IMG/VR virus record: IMGVR_UViG_3300005264_000010
Location: 9,785 to 73,784 of that record
Direction: 5' to 3' (one strand)
DNA from: a virus
DNA length: 64,000 nucleotides
Within the stretch, counting starts at the first letter, position 1, and every line of letters starts with the position of its first letter. Made by a program: the position numbers and the translations under genes. A model generated the notes under the pieces. It did not search any database and was not told the DNA's origin. It saw only the letters and a list, made by a program, of their open reading frames with translations. Of the stretch, positions 10,530-20,114 are shown piece after piece.

Positions 10530-11010
10530 TGGAAAAGATTTATTAAGAGAACTATTAGTTAGTAAAGGATTAAAACCTTCAATATCTTATACTACTAGAC
10601 CATTAAGAGATGGAGAAATACAAGGAATTGATTATTTCTTCATTACTGAAGATGAAGCAGAACAGTATATAGATTCTAATATTTTTCATGGTAGTGTTAA
10701 ATTTAATGGGTGGTTTTATGGGACTAGTTTTGATTCATTTGAAAATGATGATATATTTATTATGACGCCTAAAGCAATATCTAAATTAACCATGAAAGAA
10801 AGGAGAGATTCATACATTATGTTTTTAGATTTAGACGATAATACATTAAGAGAAAGGATAAATATTAGAGGTGATATGAAAGGTGACAATATAGATAGAA
10901 GATTTTTAGCAGACAAAAAAGATTTTGAAAACTTCACTGATTATGATATTAGAATATCTAATAATGACTTTAATCAAAAATATTATGAAAAAAAACTTGA
11001 CACACTATAA
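10492..11010 (+). CDS. gmk: guanylate kinase-like protein
   Basis: GKSASGKD, SYTTRPLRDGE..GIDYFF, FYGT. Confidence 0.9.
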   Translation: MRMRTIICGKSASGKDLLRELLVSKGLKPSISYTTRPLRDGEIQGIDYFFITEDEAEQYIDSNIFHGSVKFNGWFYGTSFDSFENDDIFIMTPKAISKLTMKERRDSYIMFLDLDDNTLRERINIRGDMKGDNIDRRFLADKKDFENFTDYDIRISNNDFNQKYYEKKLDTL

Positions 11011-11025
11011 ATTATTTCGTATATT
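10997..11025 (+). promoter_or_regulatory. early promoter
   Basis: TTGACA-17-TATATT. Confidence 0.8.
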
Positions 11026-11057
11026 ACTATTAGATGATAATTTAATAGGAGTTAAAG

Positions 11058-11192
11058 ATGAGTTGGATATTGAAGGTTGAAAAGTATTTTGATTTGTATG
11101 AGATATTTGCATTTATGAGCGAAGAAGAAGCAATAGCATTCCAAGATGATTGGAATTTAAAAGGTGAAATTTATTATAAGGAAGAAGAATAA
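11058..11192 (+). CDS. small hypothetical protein (44 aa, not in ORF track)
   Basis: aggag SD; MSWILKVEKYF...; stop overlaps the next ATG. Confidence 0.65.
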   Translation: MSWILKVEKYFDLYEIFAFMSEEEAIAFQDDWNLKGEIYYKEEE

Positions 11193-11647
11193 TGAAAACT
11201 ATTAGAGAATTTCTATCAGATCAACTATCTAAAACAGATTTATTTGAAATGGCTTTTGATAAGAAAACTATTGAGAGGAAAATTGATGGACTAGCTAGAC
11301 CAATATTATTACATCTAATAAAGATATTAAAATGGGACGATAAGCAAAACTATAATAAACATATTAAAGATATAAACTCATGGTTAAGAGAAATAGATAG
11401 ATTAGAATTAAAACCAAAAAAGAAAAAACTAAAATCAGATATTTATTATTTTTGGCTATATGATGGACCTATTGGTAATAGCATAAGAATTATTAATAGT
11501 TATATTGATGGTGATTTAGAAGATTATCATAAATTAAATATAAAGAGAAGTAATAAAGAAGTTATGATTAGTATAGAAAAAATTATTAAGCAAATATCTA
11601 TTGATATATCAAATAATAGATTAGAGAAAATACAAAACTATCTATAA
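11192..11647 (+). CDS. DUF29-like helical protein with capsid-targeting-like leader
   Basis: MKTIREFL...LFE|MA; ILLHLIKILKW resembles the DUF29 core. Confidence 0.5.
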   Translation: MKTIREFLSDQLSKTDLFEMAFDKKTIERKIDGLARPILLHLIKILKWDDKQNYNKHIKDINSWLREIDRLELKPKKKKLKSDIYYFWLYDGPIGNSIRIINSYIDGDLEDYHKLNIKRSNKEVMISIEKIIKQISIDISNNRLEKIQNYL

Positions 11648-11659
11648 GGAAGATGAGAA

Positions 11660-12897
11660 ATGAAGATGAGAAATGAAACAACTGAAAAAGTACTTACTAG
11701 GAAAGTTGAAAGGTTAAGTTTCAAACAGAAACTGAAAAAGAATTTTCAATATTATATTGATGTTGATAAAGCGTCAAAGAAAAATAACGATTTATCAGCA
11801 TTAAAATATGAGTTATGTAAACTAAAAGAAGACTTAAAATTAGCAAAGAGTCAATTAAATAAAATTGAAACAATAGATAATATTAGTAATGATGATTTGA
11901 TTATCACTACTTATAATCTTACTAGATCAAAAGTGAAAAGTTTATTAACTGAATATGATAATGAGAGTGGTAAGTATAAATCTTTAATTGAAATTAAGAA
12001 AAAAGAAATTACTTTTATCGATGATCAGATTAGTTATGCTGATAATATTATATTAGATAATTTTTATTGTGATGGTAATCTAAAAGGATGTGTTGTTGCT
12101 ATTAGACAAACTGATATGGTAGTTACTTCAATAATACTTAATTCTAAAGATAATATACTGACACAACATACTGCACTATTACATGGTAAAGATAAATTTG
12201 ATCTAAGAATTGCATTAGGGTTAGTAATTGAAGAGTATAGAAATAAATATATAAAGAATAGAAATTTTATTAAAATAATTTCTGAAAATTTTAGAAATAT
12301 CAGTAATGTAGAAAAAAGTAGACTACTATCTAATGTTAGTGCCTATAATGGTAGTTGTAATGGTAGCTCTATTGTAAAAGATACGTATGATACATTTATG
12401 GAAAGGCTAAAACAAAAAAAGGAGAAATAAAAATGTTAGACCAAGAATTTATTGGAAAGTTAGTATCAATTTCCACAAAGCTAAAGAAAGTTAAGAATGA
12501 AGAAGATGAGAAAATGACAATTCCATTTAAGAAAGTTACTTTAGTTTCTTCATCAATTGAATATGATGAGTTTGCTAAAACATTCCCAGAGATTTATAAT
12601 GTAATTACAGTTATTGAGCCAAGCCCAATAAAAAATGCGTCATTTGGAGAGCAGAATTTAGGAAGACTTCAATTAAGTATTAAATTTTTAGAAAATGATG
12701 AAGTAGAGTTTACTACAGGAAATGAATTTGTAAGTTTTAATGATGTAGAAATTAAACAATTAAGTATTAAGAATGATGATGGAATAATCTATTATAAGTT
12801 TGTATTAGAATTTTTAACAAGTAATAATGACAAATATCTTGATGAATTTATTGGTGATTCAGTTGAGATTAAATTTAGTAAATTAGAAGTGGAATAA
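11660..12897 (+). other. two hypothetical ORFs (11660-12430, 12433-12897)
   Basis: ORFs with SD. Confidence 0.7.
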
Positions 12898-12927
12898 TCC
12901 ACAAAAACAAAACAAAGGAGAAATACT

Positions 12928-13101
12928 ATGTTACAAGAAAACATTAACACGATCAAAACAGTAATTGAGTTGCTAACTGATGAACTTGATAAAACAACTA
13001 ATAATGCAAGTATGGGTAGGTGCCGTAAGCGAACGCTCGAATTAACTAAGCTTTTTAAGGATTATAGAAAGTTATCTGTTGCTGAGAGTAAGAAGAAATA
13101 A
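12928..13101 (+). CDS. histone H1-like Hc1-family protein (57 aa, not in ORF track)
   Basis: aaggag SD; NNASMGRCRKRTLELTKLFKDYRKLSV matches the Hc1 pattern. Confidence 0.75.
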   Translation: MLQENINTIKTVIELLTDELDKTTNNASMGRCRKRTLELTKLFKDYRKLSVAESKKK

Positions 13102-13227
13102 TAATAGTAATTTTTACTAACAAAATGAATGAACATCTATAAATAATATAGATGTTCATTTGTTATATAAAAAGTTTGTTTTACATATTATAGAAAACAA
13201 CAAATTTATAGCTAAAACAGAGGAATT

Positions 13228-13413
13228 ATGAAATCAAGAAAACAATGTAAAAAATGCTTATATATCAATGATTGTGAGACAATAAATGAGTGGAGAGATT
13301 TAGTTAAGAAGAAAAAACTTAAAAGAGTTATATATAATCATAGAGTAACAAGTTGGGAAACAAATAAGAAAGAACATATAAATTGTCCTGACTATAAATT
13401 TGAGGAGAAATAA
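13228..13413 (+). CDS. small Cys-rich hypothetical protein
   Basis: CKKC...C...CPDY; TATAAATA at 13138 inside a hairpin upstream. Confidence 0.6.
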   Translation: MKSRKQCKKCLYINDCETINEWRDLVKKKKLKRVIYNHRVTSWETNKKEHINCPDYKFEEK

Positions 13414-13418
13414 AAAAT

Positions 13419-14417
13419 ATGGTGCTTTTAGATACTAGTGTGATAAAGATGACAACTATAACTTCACCACATATCAAACCAGAACTAATAAGAAATCCAG
13501 AATACTTCAAACACTATTTCTTGCAGAGCATACTTGGGATAAAGAAGCAATTTAGTTGTAATCAAGATAATCCTTTAGTGCTTTGTATTGATAAAAAAAA
13601 GATATTTGATGTTGATGGAGAGAAAGTATATGGATACTGGAGAAGTAAAATATATCATCAAAATTTAGATAAGTTTTCACCACACAACAAATTCTCAAAA
13701 TATAAGGATGGAAGACAGAAATCTAAAGATGATGGATTAGATTGGGAATTACTTGAAAAATATTATTGGGAATGTATAAACTTATTTAAAGACTATTCTG
13801 ATATAAAGATAGTAATGATTCCAGGTATTGAAGCAGATGATATATTAGCTATACTATCTCAAAGATTGAAGAATAAGACCACTATAGTAACAATTGATAA
13901 AGATTTAAGACAATGTATAAGTAATAAAACACAATTTTATAATTGGAGAAATAGGAAATATGAAACTCAATCACCAACTGATCATGAGAATTTACTATTT
14001 TATTTGAAAGGGGATAGTGGAGATGGTATTTGTTCTGTTAAAAATAGATATAGATGGAAGTCTAATTTAGAAAAGAAATCACTACAAGAAATATTTAAAG
14101 AATTTCCTGATGAAAACTTAGAAGAAAGATTGTCTATAAATAAAAAGTTAATGGATTTATCTACTAAGAATATTCCTAAGTCAATTCAAAAAGCTATAAT
14201 TAATGAGTATAAAAAGGAACAGGGAAAATATAATCAATTGAAACTACAAATAACTTTAAAGAAAATGGGAGTTGGTTCAATGACATCTGGTGTTGCTTCA
14301 ATAATAGATAGATCAGATGAATTTAAGTTAGCTAAATATTCTGTTGATTCATATACTACCAAAAAAAATAATAGAGATATGCAAAAAACAACTTCTATTA
14401 GAAATAAGTTTTTATAA
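13419..14417 (+). CDS. rnh: T4-like RNase H / 5'-3' exonuclease
   Basis: LLDTS, YWR, YKDGR, IEADD, TIDKDL.Q, GDSGDGI. Confidence 0.92.
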   Translation: MVLLDTSVIKMTTITSPHIKPELIRNPEYFKHYFLQSILGIKKQFSCNQDNPLVLCIDKKKIFDVDGEKVYGYWRSKIYHQNLDKFSPHNKFSKYKDGRQKSKDDGLDWELLEKYYWECINLFKDYSDIKIVMIPGIEADDILAILSQRLKNKTTIVTIDKDLRQCISNKTQFYNWRNRKYETQSPTDHENLLFYLKGDSGDGICSVKNRYRWKSNLEKKSLQEIFKEFPDENLEERLSINKKLMDLSTKNIPKSIQKAIINEYKKEQGKYNQLKLQITLKKMGVGSMTSGVASIIDRSDEFKLAKYSVDSYTTKKNNRDMQKTTSIRNKFL

Positions 14418-14423
14418 TGAGTT

Positions 14424-14437
14424 TATAAATATAAATA
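14424..14437 (+). promoter_or_regulatory. T4-type late promoter (tandem TATAAATA)
   Basis: TATAAATATAAATA. Confidence 0.8.
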
Positions 14438-14459
14438 AATAATATAAAGGAAAAGTGTA

Positions 14460-14600
14460 ATGAATAATGAACCAAAGAATATTTTAAATGGATCTGTATT
14501 TGACAAGCTATATAAGAAACCAGATACAAATCCTAAGAAAAAGAAGAAAAGAAAAATAACTACTATAGGTAGTCATAGGAAATGGAAATTTAATTATTAA
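14460..14600 (+). CDS. small basic late protein (46 aa, not in ORF track)
   Basis: aagga SD; PKKKKKRK. Confidence 0.5.
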   Translation: MNNEPKNILNGSVFDKLYKKPDTNPKKKKKRKITTIGSHRKWKFNY

Positions 14601-14610
14601 AAAAAGGAAG

Positions 14611-15021
14611 GTGATTATGAAAAGATTCAAATTTTTAGGTGTTTGGATGAGAAGTAATACGTTAAGTACTAAAGGAAGTACTTATACATTCAAGCCAGAG
14701 CAAATTTATGATGAGAATGATATGATAAATTTGTTTGTAGAGTTACATCCTAATAGATGGGAAGAAGTTAGTAATGAAGTTGTTGAAGATGTAGTTTTTA
14801 TTGATGAAAAAGCAAAAGAAGATTTTACTGAGGCATTAGAAGATGAAAAATTAGATAGCGATATTGTAGCATTTAATAATTTCATTGAGACTGATGGAGA
14901 TGTAGAAGGATATTTAAATGATGGGGTTCATTGGACAAAAATTAAACAAATCGCTGAATATTTAGATATTGAGTGGACAAAAAAGGATGAAACAATTAGA
15001 GCAATAGTTGATTCATTATAA
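14611..15021 (+). CDS. late hypothetical protein
   Basis: ORF downstream of late promoter. Confidence 0.7.
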   Translation: MIMKRFKFLGVWMRSNTLSTKGSTYTFKPEQIYDENDMINLFVELHPNRWEEVSNEVVEDVVFIDEKAKEDFTEALEDEKLDSDIVAFNNFIETDGDVEGYLNDGVHWTKIKQIAEYLDIEWTKKDETIRAIVDSL

Positions 15022-15054
15022 ATTAAAATAGCTTTAATTATAGTTTGTATTATA

Positions 15055-15087
15055 AAGAGTTAGGTGTGATTCCCTAACTCTTTTTTA
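15055..15087 (+). terminator. intrinsic terminator
   Basis: aaagagttagg...cctaactcttt followed by T run. Confidence 0.85.
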
Positions 15088-15105
15088 TTTATATAAACTT
15101 TTTTC

Positions 15106-15134
15106 TTGACATTATTAAATTTTATACTTATATT
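15106..15134 (+). promoter_or_regulatory. early promoter of the NAD operon
   Basis: TTGACA-17-TATATT. Confidence 0.85.
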
Positions 15135-15164
15135 ACTATTGTTAATTTAAAGGAGAAATAAATT

Positions 15165-15356
15165 ATGAATGAAAATATTATTAAGTATGAATTGAAAAGT
15201 TATAGAATAGCTACTGTTGTTGGCGGTTTAATAGAACAGCCAGAAATACGATATGAAGATTATGATACTATAGAAGCCACAAATGAGAAAGAAGCACTAG
15301 AAATATATAATAAAAAATGGAAATGCAATTATTTTTATGGGAAAATTTTAAAATGA
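15165..15356 (+). CDS. hypothetical protein
   Basis: SD aaggag. Confidence 0.7.
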   Translation: MNENIIKYELKSYRIATVVGGLIEQPEIRYEDYDTIEATNEKEALEIYNKKWKCNYFYGKILK

Positions 15357-15733
15357 AAGAAGAAACTATTATAACAGCAGATTATTTAAGAGCTAATCCA
15401 AATCATATATTTGTGTTTGGTGATAATCTATTAAGATATGGTACTGGTGGTGCGGCAAAATTAAGACATCATAAAAATACTTATGGTTTTATTACTAAGA
15501 AAGCGCCAACATATAGAGATGAGGACTTCTATACACCAGAAGAATATCTACCAGTGTTTAAAAAAGAGTATGATAAACTATGTGATGAAATAGAAGCTAA
15601 TCCAGATAAGCTATATTTAATTTCAAGGATTGGCGGTAGGATTGCTAATAAACATCTAATTTTTGAGTGTATAATAGAGCCATATATCTTTGATTTAGAA
15701 GATAGATATGATAATATTAAAATGTTATTTTAA
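15353..15733 (+). CDS. macro-domain-like protein (FVFGDN family)
   Basis: IFVFGDNL...GTGGAA...ISRIGGRIA; ATG at 15353 couples to the upstream stop. Confidence 0.55.
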   Translation: MKEETIITADYLRANPNHIFVFGDNLLRYGTGGAAKLRHHKNTYGFITKKAPTYRDEDFYTPEEYLPVFKKEYDKLCDEIEANPDKLYLISRIGGRIANKHLIFECIIEPYIFDLEDRYDNIKMLF

Positions 15734-15747
15734 AAGGAGAAATAAAA

Positions 15748-16578
15748 ATGAAGTATATTTACTTAGACCAAGTCAACTCACACATTTTCAGTGGTGGGGA
15801 AGTTCATGTTAATATTAGTAATTATCTACCATTAGAAAAAGATGAGTATAAAATAGTAGCTACTATTAAGAGTTCAAATGATTTAATGAAATTACTATTA
15901 CTAAATGATGCTGTGAGGAGAGAATTAGATAGTGATTATAGAATACATTTAGATATGAATTATGTTCCTTATGCTAGACAGGATAGAGTTTGCAGTAAAG
16001 GTGATGCTTATTCATTATCAGTATTTAGTAAAATGATTAATACTTGTAATTTTAAGACTGTTTCTGTATTAGATCCACATAGTGAAGCTGTTGAATTAAA
16101 TATTGATAGATTAGAAGTATATGATAATTTTGCTCATGTTAAACATATGTTAAGAAAATATAAAATTAAAGAATTTAATTTGGTTGCACCAGACAAAGGA
16201 GCTACTAATAAAATTAATAAATTGGCATATTTTTTAGAAGAACTTAGTGATTTTAGAGTTAACAATATTATTCAATTTGACAAAAAAAGAGATATGCAAA
16301 CAGGTAAAATAATAAGTTATGATATTCGGGAACAAGATAAATTAAAACCTGATGGAATGATAAATGTAATAGTTGACGATATATGTGATGGTGGAAGAAC
16401 ATTTATGGAAGCAGGAGTGAAATTAAATTATTTTGGTAGTAAACAAAATATATTATTTGTGACTCATGGAATATTTTCAAAAGGAACTAAAGACTTAATA
16501 ATATACTTTAATAAAATAGCAACAACAAGTTCATTGGGTAGTGATAGAAATATTAAAAATGTAGATATATTATATTAA
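15748..16578 (+). CDS. prs: ribose-phosphate pyrophosphokinase-family protein (Adps-like)
   Basis: FSGGE, YVPYARQDR, LDPHS, APDKGA, IVDDICDGGRTF, VTHG. Confidence 0.93.
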   Translation: MKYIYLDQVNSHIFSGGEVHVNISNYLPLEKDEYKIVATIKSSNDLMKLLLLNDAVRRELDSDYRIHLDMNYVPYARQDRVCSKGDAYSLSVFSKMINTCNFKTVSVLDPHSEAVELNIDRLEVYDNFAHVKHMLRKYKIKEFNLVAPDKGATNKINKLAYFLEELSDFRVNNIIQFDKKRDMQTGKIISYDIREQDKLKPDGMINVIVDDICDGGRTFMEAGVKLNYFGSKQNILFVTHGIFSKGTKDLIIYFNKIATTSSLGSDRNIKNVDILY

Positions 16579-16591
16579 ATATGGAGGAAGT

Positions 16592-16867
16592 ATGAAAAAA
16601 TATTTATTGACTTTTTTAATAAGTTTAATTATATTGTCGTGTAATCAACCAAAAGAAGTAAGAAAAGTAAGAGAATATATACTATCTATTGAAAAAGGTT
16701 ATGAATTAATAAGCGTTTCTGAGAGTAAATATTTTACAAGTGTGTTGATAAGAAATATTGAAACTAAAGAATATAAGTATAATTCATATTACCTTGTTTG
16801 GGGCAAAGATGTTAGAGAAATAGAATTAAGACAAATAATAAAATTTAAAATGGAGGAAATAAAATGA
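16592..16867 (+). CDS. putative lipoprotein
   Basis: MKK + hydrophobic stretch + ILSC lipobox. Confidence 0.55.
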   Translation: MKKYLLTFLISLIILSCNQPKEVRKVREYILSIEKGYELISVSESKYFTSVLIRNIETKEYKYNSYYLVWGKDVREIELRQIIKFKMEEIK

Positions 16868-18408
16868 GACCAGAAAATAACATTATGGAGTTTATTGATT
16901 TTTACAAAGCAGATCATAAAAACCAATATCCAAAAGGAACTAATAAGGTTTATTCAAATCTTACACCAAGAAGTAATAGGTATGGAATATCTGATAAAAT
17001 GGTATTCTTTGGTTTGCAATATTTTATAATGAAGCACCTCGTTCATAATTGGAATGTTGGTTTTTTTGATAGAAATTTAGAAGATGTCCTTTCGGACTAT
17101 AAAAGAAGGATGGATACTTCACTAGGTAAAGATGCTATAGATGTAAGTCATATTAGAGAATTACATGAACTTGGATATTTACCATTAGAGATTAAAGCAT
17201 TAAAAGAAGGAACAAGAGTGCCAATGAGAGTTCCTGCTTTAACAATAAGCAATACTGTCGATAAGTTTTTTTGGTTAACAAATTATCTTGAAAGTTTAAT
17301 GTCTGCTGAGTTATGGGGGCCAAGTACCTCTGCTTCAACTGCATTTGAATATAGAAAAGAATTTGAAAGACATGCTAAATTAACTGGATATTCTGATTGG
17401 GATTTTACACAATTTCAAGGTCATGATTTTAGTTTTAGAGGAATGATGGGAGTAGAAGCCGCAATGATGAGTGGTGCTGGTCATTTATTATCATTTACTG
17501 GAACTGATACAGTTTCTAGTTTGAAGTGGTTAGAATATTATTATAAAGCAGATGCTGAGAAAGAGTTAATTGGCACAAGTGTTCCAGCAACTGAACATTC
17601 AATTATGTGTATGGGAACAATTGATGGAGAAATTGATACATTTAAGAAATTGATCACTGAAACTTATCCAAGTGGTATCGTTTCAATTGTTTCAGATACT
17701 TGGGATTATTGGAAAGTTATAACAGAATTTTTACCTAAACTTAAAGATGAGATCATGAATAGGAAAGGTGGTTTTCCAATAGATAGAGTTGTTATTAGAC
17801 CAGATAGTGGTAATCCTGTTGATATTATATGTGGTGATGTTGGACCTTGGAATGTTACTGATTATGAATTTAAACAAAAAAATAATAATTGGGATTGTCA
17901 TCAGAGAGGAACTTATGAAATGTTATGGGAAACTTTTGGTGGAACTATAAATGAGCAAGGATATAAAGTATTAGACTCTCATATAGGATTAATTTATGGA
18001 GATAGTATTACTTTTGAAAGACAAAAAGAAATACTTAAAAGATTAGAAGCTAAAGGTTTTAGTGCAAGTAATTTAGTGTTAGGTATAGGAAGTTATACAT
18101 ACCAATATGTTACAAGAGATTCTTATGGAACTGCTGTTAAAGCTACTTATGGTGAAGTTGATGGGGTTGGTAGAAATATCTTTAAAGATCCAAAAACTGA
18201 TGATGGGATGAAGAAATCAGCTAAAGGATTATTAGCTGTAATAAAACCTGAAGGTGGTACTGAATTACAACTTGAAGATGAATTATCAATAGAAGAATAT
18301 CATAATGAGTTTCCTGATAACTTATTAGAGTTAGTATGGAAAGATGGTAAATTTTATAGAGAACAAACACTACAAGAAATTAGAGATATTGTTAAAGAAG
18401 AATTTTAA
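16864..18408 (+). CDS. nadV: nicotinamide phosphoribosyltransferase-family protein (Namat/NadV-like)
   Basis: DFYKADH..QYP, HDFSFRG, PATEHS, SIVSDTWD, RPDSG, IYGDSIT, KKSAKG. Confidence 0.95.
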   Translation: MRPENNIMEFIDFYKADHKNQYPKGTNKVYSNLTPRSNRYGISDKMVFFGLQYFIMKHLVHNWNVGFFDRNLEDVLSDYKRRMDTSLGKDAIDVSHIRELHELGYLPLEIKALKEGTRVPMRVPALTISNTVDKFFWLTNYLESLMSAELWGPSTSASTAFEYRKEFERHAKLTGYSDWDFTQFQGHDFSFRGMMGVEAAMMSGAGHLLSFTGTDTVSSLKWLEYYYKADAEKELIGTSVPATEHSIMCMGTIDGEIDTFKKLITETYPSGIVSIVSDTWDYWKVITEFLPKLKDEIMNRKGGFPIDRVVIRPDSGNPVDIICGDVGPWNVTDYEFKQKNNNWDCHQRGTYEMLWETFGGTINEQGYKVLDSHIGLIYGDSITFERQKEILKRLEAKGFSASNLVLGIGSYTYQYVTRDSYGTAVKATYGEVDGVGRNIFKDPKTDDGMKKSAKGLLAVIKPEGGTELQLEDELSIEEYHNEFPDNLLELVWKDGKFYREQTLQEIRDIVKEEF

Positions 18409-18427
18409 ACCAGCAGTATTTCAAACT

Positions 18428-18461
18428 AAAGGTGATTAAGAGAAATTTTAATCACCTTTTT
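18428..18461 (+). terminator. intrinsic terminator
   Basis: aaaggtgattaa/ttaatcaccttt hairpin. Confidence 0.85.
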
Positions 18462-18468
18462 ATATTTT

Positions 18469-18482
18469 TATAAATATAAATA
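18469..18482 (+). promoter_or_regulatory. late promoter
   Basis: TATAAATATAAATA. Confidence 0.85.
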
Positions 18483-18506
18483 AAATATATTTATGGAGAT
18501 ATAAAA

Positions 18507-19256
18507 ATGAAGTTTAAATCAATTAATAATAGAGTAGAATTAACATCTTATATAAGACGTCAACTTGGTGGAGAGAGTCACGATTTAGAACTAAGTGATG
18601 ATAATATTTCGGATGCAATTGATGATAGTATCGAAGTGTTTCTTGAAAAAGCTTATGATGGAAGTGATGAAGGATTTATAGAATTAGATTTAGTTGAAGG
18701 ACAAACACTATATAACATTGGAACAATAAATAATAATATAATGGCAGTTTTAGATATATTATCATCTGGATATGGATTAAATAGTTCTAATCAAGTAGCT
18801 ACCCAACAATATTTTGGTGAAGCATTTTCTGGATTATATTCAGGTAATGGTGGCGGTATGTTAGATTATGCTTTAACTCAAAATTTTATCAATTCAATGG
18901 AAGATATAATCAAAAATGAAATATTATATAATTTTAATACAACAACTATGATGTTACAATTATATTCTAAACCTAAAACTAGTAAAAAAGTATTATTAAA
19001 TGTTATTACTAGTGCTGGTGAAGATGTAACTAATTTTGATACTTTATATGGACATAGATTTATTAAGGAATATGCAGTTGCTAAGACATTTATTACTTGG
19101 GGTATTAATATTTCGAAATATTCTGGATCACTATTTGATGGAAACTTAGAGTTGAATGGTGAATTATTATTGAATGAAGGTAAAGAAAGATTAGAGAAAG
19201 CTGAAAATATGCTTCGTGAAGAATATCAAGATTCATTCGGATTAATTTATAAATAA
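18507..19256 (+). CDS. neck protein (T4 gp13-like)
   Basis: YIRRQLG..., IDDSI, FIKEYAVAK...WGINISKY, LNGE. Confidence 0.88.
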   Translation: MKFKSINNRVELTSYIRRQLGGESHDLELSDDNISDAIDDSIEVFLEKAYDGSDEGFIELDLVEGQTLYNIGTINNNIMAVLDILSSGYGLNSSNQVATQQYFGEAFSGLYSGNGGGMLDYALTQNFINSMEDIIKNEILYNFNTTTMMLQLYSKPKTSKKVLLNVITSAGEDVTNFDTLYGHRFIKEYAVAKTFITWGINISKYSGSLFDGNLELNGELLLNEGKERLEKAENMLREEYQDSFGLIYK

Positions 19257-19262
19257 TTTCTC

Positions 19263-19291
19263 TTGACATTATTATGATTTGTTATTATATT
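19263..19291 (+). promoter_or_regulatory. early promoter
   Basis: TTGACA-17-TATATT. Confidence 0.85.
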
Positions 19292-19311
19292 ACTATTAAA
19301 GGAGAAATAAA

Positions 19312-19893
19312 ATGAAAACTATAAGAGATTTTATAGATAAACCAATAAATGAATCGCCTGCTAATGCTCACCCAGATGTTGATATTATAGTTAATGATAA
19401 TTTAACTAAAGTTATAATAAAAGCATTTAAAAATGATAATGTTTATGAAACTAATAATCCTAATATATATAAATGTGCTGGACATAGTGTGGGATATATG
19501 ATATATATGATAATTAAAGACGATAGTGTTATTGGTGCTACATCAATATTTAGTAGTAATCTTAAACATAGCTATAGAGGTAAAACTAAATATATATGTT
19601 ATCCTAAAATATCTAAAAAATATAATGATAAAGAAAAAGGTATATTATTCCAATTATATAGACATATTCAATTTAATGAAAATTTATATATTATGGGAGA
19701 TGGTAAGCAAACTGATGATAGTAAACAAGTTTGGTTGCATTGGCTTACTAATGATGTTGATTATATTAAAGATTGGTTTATATATGATACTAAGACTAAA
19801 GAAGCTAAAGCATTCACTCTTAAAAAATTACATAAATACTGGAGTAATAATCTGAATTTTAGTAGATATAGACCATTAGTAATATTTGAATAG
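19312..19893 (+). CDS. GNAT-fold-like protein with capsid-targeting-like leader
   Basis: MKTIRDFIDKPINE|S; KGILFQLY...GDGKQTDDSKQVW. Confidence 0.5.
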   Translation: MKTIRDFIDKPINESPANAHPDVDIIVNDNLTKVIIKAFKNDNVYETNNPNIYKCAGHSVGYMIYMIIKDDSVIGATSIFSSNLKHSYRGKTKYICYPKISKKYNDKEKGILFQLYRHIQFNENLYIMGDGKQTDDSKQVWLHWLTNDVDYIKDWFIYDTKTKEAKAFTLKKLHKYWSNNLNFSRYRPLVIFE

Positions 19894-19922
19894 AAAATCA
19901 TAACATATAAAATTATCGTTTA

Positions 19923-19953
19923 GGTCCTTATAGAAAATATAAGGACTTTTTTT
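19923..19953 (+). terminator. intrinsic terminator
   Basis: gtccttata/tataaggac followed by T run. Confidence 0.85.
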
Positions 19954-19961
19954 ATTGTATT

Positions 19962-19975
19962 TATAAATATAAATA
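19962..19975 (+). promoter_or_regulatory. late promoter
   Basis: TATAAATATAAATA. Confidence 0.8.
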
Positions 19976-19993
19976 TATGATAATATAAGAATA

Positions 19994-20114
19994 TTCATAA
20001 GTAGTGTTTAAATGAATTTCAATGTTAAGATACATAATTATATAGAATATAATTTAAAGTTGAAGTAAACATAGTAAATGATAGCTTAAATCAAAGGTTA
20101 ATATAAATGAGTAA
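19994..20114. repeat. dispersed palindromic intergenic element, copy 2
   Basis: three blocks of 18-21 nt identical to 36832-36906; last 39 nt identical to 5678-5716. Confidence 0.85.
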
